Below are positions 10,912 through 20,612 of a stretch of DNA of 64,000 nt, piece after piece (within the stretch, counting starts at the first letter, position 1; each line of letters begins with the position of its first letter). The position numbers and the translations under genes are program-made. Below the pieces are notes generated by a model, which searched no databases, was not told the DNA's origin, and worked only from the letters and a program-made list of their open reading frames with translations. This stretch comes from Alphaproteobacteria bacterium (lineage in GTDB: Bacteria > Pseudomonadota > Alphaproteobacteria > JAAXGF01): assembly GCA_963555825.3 (NCBI GenBank), contig CAUVXB020000002.1, forward strand, positions 224,001-288,000. Reading direction: 5' to 3'.

Positions 10912-11179
10912 TAGTGGATAGAATCCAACATATGGTGCCCATACGATCCCATATCCCGGTTTCTCGGCAGGAGAGCGCCCGCCGGCGATGCATTTGCATC
11001 GGCAAGGGTGTTCGACGCCCCGAGAAGCCGGGATATGGCACCCGCAGGCCGGCGTCCCAAGGTCGCCGGACGCGTTGCCCGATGCTTGTGATGCTCCAGC
11101 ATCACCGCACATCGGGCGCCTTTCCGGGCGACCTTGGGACGCCGTCGTATGGGTACCATATGGTGGATTCTATCCACTA
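10912..11179. mobile_element. MITE-like element, family A, copy 2 (268 bp)
   Basis: TAGTGGATAGAATCCAACATATGG...CCATATGGTGGATTCTATCCACTA. Colinear with 9591-9858. Confidence 0.9.
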
Positions 11180-11656
11180 TTGCTTGGCCCGCAGGCCGAT
11201 CGAGCCGCCCGCCTGCTTGGGCGTGGGCAAGTCGGCGTGTGCCGTCTCGATGGCGCGCAAGCGCGCCAGGATCGCCGCGGCGAACGGCGCCGCGCGCGGC
11301 TCCGCCATATCGACGTGAAGCCCCATCAACTCGTAGCTCGCGACCAGGCGGCCGTCGTCGCCCCGGCGCATGGTGTGAAACAAATGAAGCCGCTTGTCGT
11401 CGACACCGAGCACCTGGGTGGCCACCGCGAGCGCCGTCCCCTCGCCGACCTCGTCGAGAAAATTGATGTGCGCTTCGAGGGTGTAGACCGACGTCTCGGT
11501 GCGCTCGCGGTAGGCCTGGTCCATGCCGATATGGTCGTAGAAGACGTCCGTCGCGTTGCCGAAGACGAGCACGTAATAGGCCTCGTGCATGTGGCCGTTG
11601 TAGTCGACCCACTCGGGCCGGACCGGCTCGCCGTGCAGCGCGAGCGGCTCGGTCAT
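11177..11656 (-). CDS. Thioesterase-family (hotdog) protein, betainyl-CoA thioesterase-like
   Basis: VRPEWVDYNGHMHEAYY. Paralogous to the C-terminal domain of 13900-15393. Confidence 0.88.
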   Translation of the reverse strand: MTEPLALHGEPVRPEWVDYNGHMHEAYYVLVFGNATDVFYDHIGMDQAYRERTETSVYTLEAHINFLDEVGEGTALAVATQVLGVDDKRLHLFHTMRRGDDGRLVASYELMGLHVDMAEPRAAPFAAAILARLRAIETAHADLPTPKQAGGSIGLRAKQ

Positions 11657-12453
11657 CGGCCCTGCCACACGGGCTTGCGCTTCTCGGCGAAGGCGCGCGG
11701 ACCCTCCTTGGCGTCCTCGGAGTCGTAGACCCGGTGAAACGACGGCAGCCGGCCGTCGTGGCGCATCGCCAAGGTCTCGGCGACCGTCAGGTACTCGGTC
11801 GCCAACGCGATCTCCTTGACCGCCGCGACCGCGAGCGGCGCCGCATCGGCGATCGCCTGGGCGATTTCGCGGGCCGTGTCCATGACCCGCGCGCCGGGCA
11901 CGACGCGGTTGGCGAGGCCGCGCTCCAATGCCTCGGCGGCGTCCATGCGCCGCCCCGTGTAGAGGAGCTCGAGCGCCACCGCGCGGGGCAGCCTGGCCAT
12001 CAGCCGCTTGATGCCGATCGGCGCCGGGATCAGCCCGACGTTGACCTCGCTCAGGAAGAACACCGAATGATCGGCCGCGACCATCAGATCGCAGGCGAGC
12101 GCGACCTCGAAACCGCCGGCGACGCAGTAGCCGTTGACCGCGGCGATCACCGGCTTGTCGAGATCGAGGAACTCGGTGACCCCGCCGAAGCCGCCCGAAC
12201 CATAGTCGCTTTCGGTCTCGGAGCGGCCCTGGGCCTCGGCCTGGGCCGCCGCCTTGAGGTCCCAGCCGGCCGAGAAGAACTTGTCGCCGGCGCCGGTCAG
12301 GATGGCGACGCGCAAACTCGGATCGGCGGCGAATTCGGCGAACGCCTGGCCGATGCGCCGGCTCGCCGCGGCGTCGATCGCGTTGGCCGGCGGCCGGTCG
12401 AGCGTGATTTCGAGCACCGCGCCGCGTCGTTCGGTTCGCACCATGTCGGTCAT
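11653..12453 (-). CDS. Enoyl-CoA hydratase (carnitinyl-CoA dehydratase/CaiD-like)
   Basis: FFSAGWDLKAAA, AVNGYCVAGGFEVALACD, EGPRAFAEKRKPVW. Start at ATG 12453 with RBS AAGGAG; the ORF-track extension runs into MITE B. Confidence 0.9.
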   Translation of the reverse strand: MTDMVRTERRGAVLEITLDRPPANAIDAAASRRIGQAFAEFAADPSLRVAILTGAGDKFFSAGWDLKAAAQAEAQGRSETESDYGSGGFGGVTEFLDLDKPVIAAVNGYCVAGGFEVALACDLMVAADHSVFFLSEVNVGLIPAPIGIKRLMARLPRAVALELLYTGRRMDAAEALERGLANRVVPGARVMDTAREIAQAIADAAPLAVAAVKEIALATEYLTVAETLAMRHDGRLPSFHRVYDSEDAKEGPRAFAEKRKPVWQGR

Positions 12454-12466
12454 GCTTTTCTCCTTA

Positions 12467-12728
12467 TACCAAGGACCAGTGATAAAGACCCATAGAGACG
12501 GCTTGCCGTGGTTCTCGGCTAGGCGCGCCCGTCGCGGCGATGCAGCGCATCGCAAGATGGGCGGAACGACGACCGGGAGCCTCGGCAAGCCGCCCTTCGG
12601 GTCGCGTCCGCTTATCGCCGGAGGGCGTCAGGCAGCCTAGCCGATGCGCTGCATCGCCCGCGGCTCCCTTGCCTCACCGGCGAAAAGCGGACGCGATCTC
12701 TAGGGGCCTCTATCACTGGTCCTTGGTA
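12467..12728. mobile_element. MITE-like element, family B, copy 1 (262 bp)
   Basis: Inverted repeats TACCAAGGACCAGTGATA / TATCACTGGTCCTTGGTA. Inverted second copy at 61642-61938. Confidence 0.9.
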
Positions 12729-13889
12729 TTAGCCTTCACGCGGGCGCAACAGCGCGCGCGAGATGATGTGACGCTGAATCTCCGAGGTGCCGTCCCAGAT
12801 GCGCTCGACCCGCGCGTCGCGCCAGAAGCGCTCGATCGGCAGATCCTCCATCAGGCCCATGCCGCCAAAGATCTGCACCGCGTTGTCGGTGACCCGGCCG
12901 AGCATTTCGGTGGCGTAGAGCTTGGCCATCGCGAAATCGGCGTCGGTCGCCGCGTCCTGATCGAGCTTCCAGGCACAGTTGAGCACCAGGAGCTCGGCCG
13001 CCGCGATCTCGGTCGCCATGTCGGCGAGTTTGAACGAGACGCCCTGGAAGCGGCCGATGGTCTGGCCGAACTGCTTGCGCGTCGCCGCCCAGTCGAGCGC
13101 CATCTCATGGACCCGCTGGGCGCGGCCGATGCAATGCGCCGCGACCGTCAGCCGGGTCGCGCCGAGCCACTCGTTGGCGACGTCGAAGCCGTGGTGCTCC
13201 GCGCCAAGCACCTGCTCAGGACCGACCCGGCAATCGGTGAATTCCAGTTCACAGTGATGGAAGCCCCGGTGCGACACCGAAGCCGAACCGCGCCGCACCT
13301 CGAAACCCGGCGTGCCCTTATCGATCAGGAAACTTGTGATCAGTTTCTTGCGCCCGCGCGGCGTTTCCTCCTCGCCCGAGGCGGCGAACAGGATCGCGAA
13401 ATCGGCGCGGTCGGCATAGGAGATGAAGTGCTTGCGGCCGTTGATGACGTAACCATCGCCATCGCGCTCGGCCTTGGTCGTCATGGCGCGCAGGTCCGAG
13501 CCGGCGCCCGGCTCGGTCATCGCCAGGCACTCGACGCGCTCGCCGCGCACCGTCGGCAGCAGATAACGTTCGACCTGGGCGCCGGTGCAGGCGCGCAGGA
13601 TGTTCGACGGCCGGTGCACGATGTACTGCAGGGCGAAGGCGGTGCGCCCCAGCTCGCGTTCCAGCAGCGTGACCGAGACCGCATCGAGGCCGCCACCGCC
13701 GATCTCCTCGGGCATGTTGGCGGCGTAGAAGCCGGCGGCGATGGCCTTGGCGCGGATCTCGGCGTCGAGTTCGGCCGGCACCTCGCCGGTGCGCTCGACC
13801 GCGTCCTCGTGGGGCATCAACTCCCGCGCGACGAAAGCGCGGACGCTGTCGACGATCAGCCGTTGCTCGGTCGAGAGTTCGAAGTCCAT
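12729..13889 (-). CDS. Acyl-CoA dehydrogenase
   Basis: MDFELS.., CLAMTEPGAGSD, RKQFGQTIGRFQ, QIFGGMG, IWDGTSEIQR. Confidence 0.95.
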   Translation of the reverse strand: MDFELSTEQRLIVDSVRAFVARELMPHEDAVERTGEVPAELDAEIRAKAIAAGFYAANMPEEIGGGGLDAVSVTLLERELGRTAFALQYIVHRPSNILRACTGAQVERYLLPTVRGERVECLAMTEPGAGSDLRAMTTKAERDGDGYVINGRKHFISYADRADFAILFAASGEEETPRGRKKLITSFLIDKGTPGFEVRRGSASVSHRGFHHCELEFTDCRVGPEQVLGAEHHGFDVANEWLGATRLTVAAHCIGRAQRVHEMALDWAATRKQFGQTIGRFQGVSFKLADMATEIAAAELLVLNCAWKLDQDAATDADFAMAKLYATEMLGRVTDNAVQIFGGMGLMEDLPIERFWRDARVERIWDGTSEIQRHIISRALLRPREG

Positions 13890-13899
13890 CGCGCACGCC

Positions 13900-15393
13900 C
13901 TACGCGGCGCCGGGGATCGCCATGCGCCCGCCGACCTGCTCGGGCACGGCCAAGTCGGCGTGCGCCGCCATGATCGCGTCGAGCGCCGCGCGCACCTCGG
14001 GCAGGATCGGCGATGTCTTGGGGCCCGCCGTATCGACGTGCAGCAGCATCTGCTCGGTCGTCGCCAGAAGCCCATCGTCGCCGCCGTGGTACATGGCATG
14101 GAAGATGTGCGCCCGCTTGTCGTCGAGGCCGAGGAGCTGGGTGGTGAAGCGCAGGGGTTCGCCCTCGGCCGCCTCGCGGTAGAAATTCAGATGCGATTCG
14201 GCCGTGTAGAACGAGTGCCCCGCGGCGCGGTAGCCCTCGTCGACGCCGATGTAGCGGAACAGCGCGTCCGAGGCCTCGCCGAAGGCATAGAGGTAGAAGC
14301 CCTCGCTCATGTGGCGGTTGTAGTCGACCCAGGCGGGCTCGACGACGCTCGCGAACAGCGCGAGCGGCGCGGCCACCGCATCGCCCGCCCGCCAAGGCGC
14401 GACGTCGCGCCGCGCGTAGCGGTCGCCGGCGTGGGCGCCGAGCCCGGCGCGATATTCGTCGCGCAGCCGCATCGTGTCGATCAACAGGTTGTCGCGCTCG
14501 CGCTCGAGGTCGCGGATCGAGCGCCCGGCCGCCTGCGCGTCGGTGCCCGCGATCATGCCCTCGATCAGCTCCTCGGTCAGCTCGGGCGGCTGGTGCTGGG
14601 TCCAGCTCTGCTCCTTCATGGCCGGGCCGAATTGCTCGAAGTAATGCTCGAGGCCGCCCGTGCCGCCGGCCAGATAGAAGGTCAGGCAGGGCCCGAAGTT
14701 GGCCAGCCTGAGGCCCGGGCCGTCGGCGATCGCGGCGTCGATCTCTTCGGTCGTCGCGCCGCCCTCGGCGACGATGTGCAGCACCTCGCGCCACATCGCC
14801 TCCTGCATGCGGTCCGAGACATAACCCGGCATCTCCTTGCGCACGCGCAGCGGCCGCATGCCGATATGGGCATAGAAGTCGAAGGCCGCGTCGACGGCAT
14901 CGGCGGCGGTTCGCTCGCCGCCCAGCACCTCGCACAACGGCAGCAGATAGACCGGATTGAAGGGGTGGCCGATGACGACGCGCTCAGGCGTCGCGCAGTC
15001 GGCCTGGATAGCGGTCGGCATGAGGCCCGACGAGCTCGACGCCAGGACGACCTCGGGTCGCGCAACATCGTCCATGCGGGCGAACAGCGCGCGCTTGACC
15101 GCCTCGTTCTCGGGTGCGCATTCCTGCACGTAGTCGGCGCCGCCGACCGCGGCCTCGAGGTCGTCGGTGAACTCGATGTGCGTCGGATCCGCGCCCGGCG
15201 CGACGCCGACGCGCTGCAACGCAGGCCAGGCGTTGGCGACGTTGTCGCGCAGGCGTTCTTCGGCGCCCGGCGCCGGATCGGTGACCACGACGTCGATGCC
15301 GCGCGCTGCGAAGCGCGCCGCCCAGCCGCTGCCGATGACGCCACCGCCGACGACCGCGATGCGACGAATTTCGGCGGGTTTCGCTCTGACCAT
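13900..15393 (-). CDS. L-carnitine 3-dehydrogenase fused to a thioesterase domain
   Basis: VGGGVIGSGWAARF, QECAPE, GHPFNPVYLLPL, GPGLR. C-terminal WVDYNRHMSE hotdog domain. Confidence 0.88.
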   Translation of the reverse strand: MVRAKPAEIRRIAVVGGGVIGSGWAARFAARGIDVVVTDPAPGAEERLRDNVANAWPALQRVGVAPGADPTHIEFTDDLEAAVGGADYVQECAPENEAVKRALFARMDDVARPEVVLASSSSGLMPTAIQADCATPERVVIGHPFNPVYLLPLCEVLGGERTAADAVDAAFDFYAHIGMRPLRVRKEMPGYVSDRMQEAMWREVLHIVAEGGATTEEIDAAIADGPGLRLANFGPCLTFYLAGGTGGLEHYFEQFGPAMKEQSWTQHQPPELTEELIEGMIAGTDAQAAGRSIRDLERERDNLLIDTMRLRDEYRAGLGAHAGDRYARRDVAPWRAGDAVAAPLALFASVVEPAWVDYNRHMSEGFYLYAFGEASDALFRYIGVDEGYRAAGHSFYTAESHLNFYREAAEGEPLRFTTQLLGLDDKRAHIFHAMYHGGDDGLLATTEQMLLHVDTAGPKTSPILPEVRAALDAIMAAHADLAVPEQVGGRMAIPGAA

Positions 15394-15512
15394 GACGGCT
15401 CACTCCGTGTTGCGCCACGCCAGCGCTTGGTACCCGATTCGCGACGCTGGCGAAAGTCCGATCTGTGCTATGACTCTCGGCCGTTGAACCGTGCTGCCAG
15501 GGAGGGCAACCG

Positions 15513-18500
15513 GTGAATGTTGCGGGCTGGTTGCGCGACCTCGGCCTCGATCAATACGCCGAGGCGTTCGCCGAGAACGAGATCGACGGCGAGACGTTGC
15601 CGGCGCTGACCGGCGACGACCTGAAGGAGATCGGCGTCGGCCCGCTCGGCCACCGCAAGAAGCTGCTCGCCGCGATCGCTGAATTGACGACCGAGGAACC
15701 GGCGGTGGCGGAAGAGGAAGCGGCCGCGCCGGCCGGCGAGCGGCGCCAGGTGACCGTGCTGTTCGCCGACATCGCGGGTTACACCAAACTTTCGAGCGCG
15801 CTCGGCGCCGAGGCGACCCACGCGCTGCTCAACCGCTATTTCGAGGCGGTCGACAGCATCGTCGAGCGCTATGGCGGCGCGGTCGACAAGCATATGGGCG
15901 ACAATGTCATGGCGCTGTTCGGTGCACCGATCGCCCACGACGACGACCCGTTGCGCGCGGTGCGCGCCGCGCTCGACATTCACGAGCGGATGACGGCCCT
16001 GGCCGACGAGGCGGGCCACCCCTTGCGCGCCCACATCGGCATCGCCTCGGGCCAGGTCGTCGCCAGCGGCACGGGCAGCGAGACGCACCGCGAATACACC
16101 GTCACCGGCGATTCGGTGAACCTGGCATCGCGTTTGCAGGACACGGCGAAGCCCGGCGAGACGTTGATCTCGGACGCGCTTTATCGGGCTGTTGCCGAGG
16201 CGGTCGACTGCGAGTCGCTCGGCGACATCGCGGTCAAGGGCATAGACGCGCCGGTGCGCGCCTGGCGGGTCGGCGCGCTGCGCGCCGCCGACGACGGCGC
16301 GGATCGCGTCGCCTTCGTCGGCCGGCGCGCCGAGCTGACGCAGTTTTCCGGCGCCGCCGAGGCGTGCCGCGCGAACGGCGCAGGCCAGGCGATCGTCGTG
16401 CGCGCCGAGGCGGGCATGGGCAAGACCCGGTTGGTCGAGGAGTTCACCGCACTCGCCGCCGACCAGGGCTACGCCAGCCACCGCGGGCTGGTGCTCGATT
16501 TCGGCGTAGGCAAGGGCCAGGACGCGATCCGGACGGTGGTGCGCAGCCTGTTGGGCATCGCGCCCGGCGGCGGCAAGACGCTGCGCCAAGCGGCGGCCGA
16601 CACGGCGATCGGCGACGGCATCATCGTGGCCGACCGGCGCGTCTTCCTCAACGACCTCTTGGACCTCGCGCAGCCGGTCGCCGATCGCGCGATGTACGAT
16701 GCCATGGACAACGCGACACGCAACGACGGCAAGCGCGCCGTCGTCGCCGATCTGATCCGCGCCACGAGCGCGACCGCACCGATCGTCATCATCGTCGAAG
16801 ACGTCCATTGGGCGGATCCGTTGTTGCTGAGCCATGTCGCGGCCATGGCGGCGGTGATTGCAGACTGCCCGGCGCTCTTGGTCATGACCTCGCGCATCGA
16901 GGGCGACCCGCTCGATGCGGCGTGGCGCGCGGCGACCGGCGGCTGCCCGCTGATGACCATCGACCTCGGCCCCTTGCGGCGCGACGAGGCGCTGACGCTC
17001 GCCGGCGCCTTCATCGACGCGACCGAAAAGTTCGCCCAGGACTGCATCGAGCGCGCCGGCGGCAACCCGCTGTTCCTCGAGCAACTGCTGCGCAACGCCG
17101 AAGAACGCGCCGACGAGGACATTCCCGCCTCGATCCAGAGCCTGGTGCTGGCGCGCATGGACCGCCTCGAACCCGCCGACAAGCGCGCGCTGCAGGCCGC
17201 CTCGGTGATCGGCCAGCGCTTCGCGCTCGACGTGCTCGGGCACCTGCTCGATGACGCCGACTATGACTGCGCCGGCCTGATCGAGCACCATCTGGCGCGG
17301 CCCGAGGGTGACGACTACCTGTTCGCCCACGCGCTGATCCGCGACGGCGTCTATGCCTCGCTCCTGAAGGCGACGCGGCACGAGCTACACGAGCGCGCGG
17401 CGGCGTGGTTCGCCGATCACGATCTGGTGCTGCGCGCCCAGCATCTCGAGCGCGCCGAACACCCATCCGCGGCATCCGCCTATCTGGAGGCTGCCCAGGC
17501 GCAGGCGGCACTCTATCACTATGACGTCGCGCTCCGTCTCGTCCGGCGCGGTTGCGAGTTGGCCGAAGGCACGACGGACGCCTTTGCACTCACCGCCTAT
17601 CTTGGCGAGCTGCTGCACGATACCGGCGCTGTCGCCGACAGCATGGCGGCGAACCGGCGGGCGCTGGAGATCGCCGGTAACGACGTCGAGCGATGTCGGG
17701 CCTGGATCGGCCTCGCCGCCGTCATGCGGCTTACGAATGACTACGAGGACGCGCTCTCCCTGCTGGAGAAGGCCGAGCCGATCGCGGTGGCGCACGACCT
17801 CACGCTCGACCTCGCGCGCCTCTACCACTTGCGCGGCAACCTCTACTTCCCGCTCGGCCGGGTCAAGGCCTGCGGCGAGGCGCATGAAAAGGGTCTGGCC
17901 CATGCGCGCCAATCCGGCGATGCCGAGGCCGAGGCCCGCGCGCTCGGCGGCATGGGCGACGCCGCCTATATGCGCGGCCATATGCTCACGGCGCACCGAA
18001 ACTTCAGCGACTGCGTCGCGCTGTCGCGCCGGCAGGGCTTCGGCAGGATCGAGATCGCCCACCAGCCGATGGCGGGGCTGACGCTGATGTATGCCAACCA
18101 ATTTCGTGCCTCACGGGAGACCACGCTGGCCGCCGCCGACGCAGCCGCGCGGGTCGGCCGTCTGCGCGCCGAGCTCAACGCCGTCGCCTGCGCCTTCCAC
18201 GCGATGGTCGATCTCGGCGAGATCGACGATGCCGATGCGCTGATGGCGCAATACAACGCCTTGATTGACAGGCTTGGCGCGCAAGCCTGGGAGCAGGCCG
18301 CATTGGCCGTCGAGGCGGTCGTGCAGCATATCCGGGGCCAGCATGACCAGGCGATCGACACGCTGCGACGCGCGCTGGTCCGCTCGCGCGAGACGACGAC
18401 AGAATTCTACGGACCGATAATTCTGGCCCGCATCGCGGAGTTCACCGACGACCCCACCGAACGCGAACAAGCGCTCAGCGAAGGCGAGGCGATGCTCGAG

Positions 18501-18803
18501 GCGGGAACCATCGGGCACAACTATCTGAGCTTCTTCCGCCACGCCGTCGATGCCTGCCTCAAGGCCGGCGATTGGGACCGGGCGGAGCGCTACGCCGACG
18601 CGCTCGAGGACTACACCTGCGCTGAGCCGCTGCCCTGGTCCGACTTCTTCATCGCGCGCGGCCGGGCGCTTGTGGCTCATGGCCGCGGCGGACGTGACGA
18701 AACCACGATGCAGGAGCTGAAGCGCTTGCGCGATGAAGCCGAGCGGGTCGGTTTGAAGCCAGCCCTGCCGGCGCTCGACGCGGCGCTCGCCGAATCAGAT
18801 TGA
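15513..18803 (+). CDS. SAM + class III nucleotide cyclase + AAA/STAND ATPase + TPR protein
   Basis: WLRDLGLDQYAEAFAENEID (SAM), LFADIAGYT/KHMGDN/GDSVNLASRL (cyclase), AEAGMGKTRL (P-loop), EDVHWAD, GGNPLF, helical repeats. Confidence 0.92.
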   Translation: MNVAGWLRDLGLDQYAEAFAENEIDGETLPALTGDDLKEIGVGPLGHRKKLLAAIAELTTEEPAVAEEEAAAPAGERRQVTVLFADIAGYTKLSSALGAEATHALLNRYFEAVDSIVERYGGAVDKHMGDNVMALFGAPIAHDDDPLRAVRAALDIHERMTALADEAGHPLRAHIGIASGQVVASGTGSETHREYTVTGDSVNLASRLQDTAKPGETLISDALYRAVAEAVDCESLGDIAVKGIDAPVRAWRVGALRAADDGADRVAFVGRRAELTQFSGAAEACRANGAGQAIVVRAEAGMGKTRLVEEFTALAADQGYASHRGLVLDFGVGKGQDAIRTVVRSLLGIAPGGGKTLRQAAADTAIGDGIIVADRRVFLNDLLDLAQPVADRAMYDAMDNATRNDGKRAVVADLIRATSATAPIVIIVEDVHWADPLLLSHVAAMAAVIADCPALLVMTSRIEGDPLDAAWRAATGGCPLMTIDLGPLRRDEALTLAGAFIDATEKFAQDCIERAGGNPLFLEQLLRNAEERADEDIPASIQSLVLARMDRLEPADKRALQAASVIGQRFALDVLGHLLDDADYDCAGLIEHHLARPEGDDYLFAHALIRDGVYASLLKATRHELHERAAAWFADHDLVLRAQHLERAEHPSAASAYLEAAQAQAALYHYDVALRLVRRGCELAEGTTDAFALTAYLGELLHDTGAVADSMAANRRALEIAGNDVERCRAWIGLAAVMRLTNDYEDALSLLEKAEPIAVAHDLTLDLARLYHLRGNLYFPLGRVKACGEAHEKGLAHARQSGDAEAEARALGGMGDAAYMRGHMLTAHRNFSDCVALSRRQGFGRIEIAHQPMAGLTLMYANQFRASRETTLAAADAAARVGRLRAELNAVACAFHAMVDLGEIDDADALMAQYNALIDRLGAQAWEQAALAVEAVVQHIRGQHDQAIDTLRRALVRSRETTTEFYGPIILARIAEFTDDPTEREQALSEGEAMLEAGTIGHNYLSFFRHAVDACLKAGDWDRAERYADALEDYTCAEPLPWSDFFIARGRALVAHGRGGRDETTMQELKRLRDEAERVGLKPALPALDAALAESD

Positions 18804-18827
18804 TTTAAGCAGAAGGGAGGCAACGCC

Positions 18828-19580
18828 ATGGATTTCACAGATAAACGCGTGCTGGTCACCGGCGCGAGCCGGGGCATCGGCAACGCGACCGCCGCGGCGT
18901 TCCTCGACCGCGGCGCCAGGATCGCGGTCAACGGCAGCTCGGCAGAGACGACCGCCCGGGCGGTCGAGGCGTTGGGCGGTGGCGCGATCGTCGCGGCGCC
19001 CGGCGATGTTGCCACCAAGGCGGGCTGCGACGCGGTGGTCGGCGCCGCACTCGACGGCCTCGGCGGGCTCGACATCCTGGTCAACAACGCCGGGGTCTAC
19101 GAAACCGGCGCGGTCGGGGAATTCGACGAGGCCGCCTGGGACCGCATGATCGACATCAACGTCAAGGGCGTCTTCTTCTGCACCCGGGCGGCGATCGAGG
19201 CATTGCGCGCGAGCGGCGGCAACATCGTCAACACCGCTTCGGTCTCGGGCCTCATCGGGCACCCCGATTCGGCGGTCTACTGCGCCTCGAAGGGCGCGGT
19301 GGTCAACATGACCCGCGCGATGGCGCTCGAATTCGCGCCGACCGTCCGGGTCAACTGCATCTGCCCGGGCGGCGTCGACACCGACATGATGCGCCAGGGT
19401 CTCGCGCCCGGCGCCGAGGTCGAGGCGTCGCTCGCCGCGTCGGCCGCCGGGCACCCGCTCGAACGCATCGCGACCGCCGAGGAGATCGCCACCGGCATCC
19501 TCTACCTGGCTTCCTACGACGCGCGCTTCATCACCGGCGCGGCGCTCGCCATCGACGGCGGTCTCGCGGCCGGCCAGTGA
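18828..19580 (+). CDS. SDR-family oxidoreductase
   Basis: TGASRGIG, NNAG, YCASKG. Confidence 0.93.
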   Translation: MDFTDKRVLVTGASRGIGNATAAAFLDRGARIAVNGSSAETTARAVEALGGGAIVAAPGDVATKAGCDAVVGAALDGLGGLDILVNNAGVYETGAVGEFDEAAWDRMIDINVKGVFFCTRAAIEALRASGGNIVNTASVSGLIGHPDSAVYCASKGAVVNMTRAMALEFAPTVRVNCICPGGVDTDMMRQGLAPGAEVEASLAASAAGHPLERIATAEEIATGILYLASYDARFITGAALAIDGGLAAGQ

Positions 19581-19593
19581 ACGGACGGACGGC

Positions 19594-20520
19594 ATGAAAT
19601 TCCGCTACGATCGCGTCGCGGTGACCGGCGGCAGCGGACGCCTCGGGCGTTATGTGGTCGCCGAGCTGGCCGCATACTGCGACGTTACCGTTGTCGACCT
19701 CGCGCCGCCCGGTGGCGACGACGCCTATGCCGCCGCCGACGTGCTCGACCTCGACGCGGGGCGCGGTGCGCTCGCGGGGCACCAGGCGGTGGTCCATCTG
19801 GCGGCGATCGACGCCGCCATCGAGGCGCCCGAGGAGGCGTTCTTCCGGACCAACGTCCAGGGCACCTGGAACGTGCTGCAGGCGGCCGAGGAGGCCGGCG
19901 CGCGCAAGGTCATCGTCTGTTCGTCGAGCTCGGCGGTCGGCCTCGGCCGCGACCATCCACCACAGTACCTGCCGATCGACGAAGATCATCCGATGGCGCC
20001 GACCGACGCCTACGGCATGAGCAAGCAGGTCTGCGAGACGATTGCCGCCGGCTTCGCGCGGCGCGGCGCGCTCGACGTGCTCTGCATCCGGCCCTGCCTG
20101 GTCGCCTTCCCCGGTTTCATCCACGACATGGCGACGCGGCTGGCGGCGGCCGACGGCGGCGCGGCGCCGCCCGTGCCGGCGCCCGAATGGTCGCGCGAGA
20201 CGCTGCCCGACCCGCTGCCGATGACGCGTTCATTCGTCAGCCCGATCGATGTCGCGCGTTGCTTCCGCCATGCGCTGGCCGCCGATGACGCACCGTTCGG
20301 CGTCTTCTACGCGGTCGCCGCGGACAGTTGCAGCACGCTGCCGACGGTCGAGGTGGTGAGCCGCGAATTCGGCAACGCCCCCGAGGTCCGGGGCGCCTAT
20401 GTCGCCGAGCCGCAAGCCGGCGCCTACAGCATCGGTCGCGCCCGCGAGGCACTCGGCTGGCAACCGCGCGACCACTGGACGGACTACGTTCGACGTGTCC
20501 TCGCCGGCGACGCCCCTTAA
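19594..20520 (+). CDS. NAD-dependent epimerase/dehydratase
   Basis: TGGSGRLG, HLAA, YGMSK. Confidence 0.88.
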   Translation: MKFRYDRVAVTGGSGRLGRYVVAELAAYCDVTVVDLAPPGGDDAYAAADVLDLDAGRGALAGHQAVVHLAAIDAAIEAPEEAFFRTNVQGTWNVLQAAEEAGARKVIVCSSSSAVGLGRDHPPQYLPIDEDHPMAPTDAYGMSKQVCETIAAGFARRGALDVLCIRPCLVAFPGFIHDMATRLAAADGGAAPPVPAPEWSRETLPDPLPMTRSFVSPIDVARCFRHALAADDAPFGVFYAVAADSCSTLPTVEVVSREFGNAPEVRGAYVAEPQAGAYSIGRAREALGWQPRDHWTDYVRRVLAGDAP

Positions 20521-20612
20521 ACGTAAGCCGTCCCTTAAAAGTAAGCAGTATACATTTACGGCACGGACATGGTGCCGACATTGTCTAATTAATGTATACT
20601 GCTTACGTTTAA
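20517..20612. repeat. Small AT-rich inverted-repeat element between convergent genes
   Basis: TTAAAAGTAAGCAGTATACATT (20535-20556) matches AATGTATACTGCTTACGTTTAA (20591-20612) as an inverted repeat at 21/22 positions. An extra partial left end, TTAAACGTAAGC, starts at 20517. Confidence 0.8.

Noticed and set aside
9461-11728. Pairs of similar small ORFs (e.g. 9667-9942 and 10988-11728)
   Set aside because: The similarity comes from the two MITE A copies; there is no sign these ORFs are real genes.
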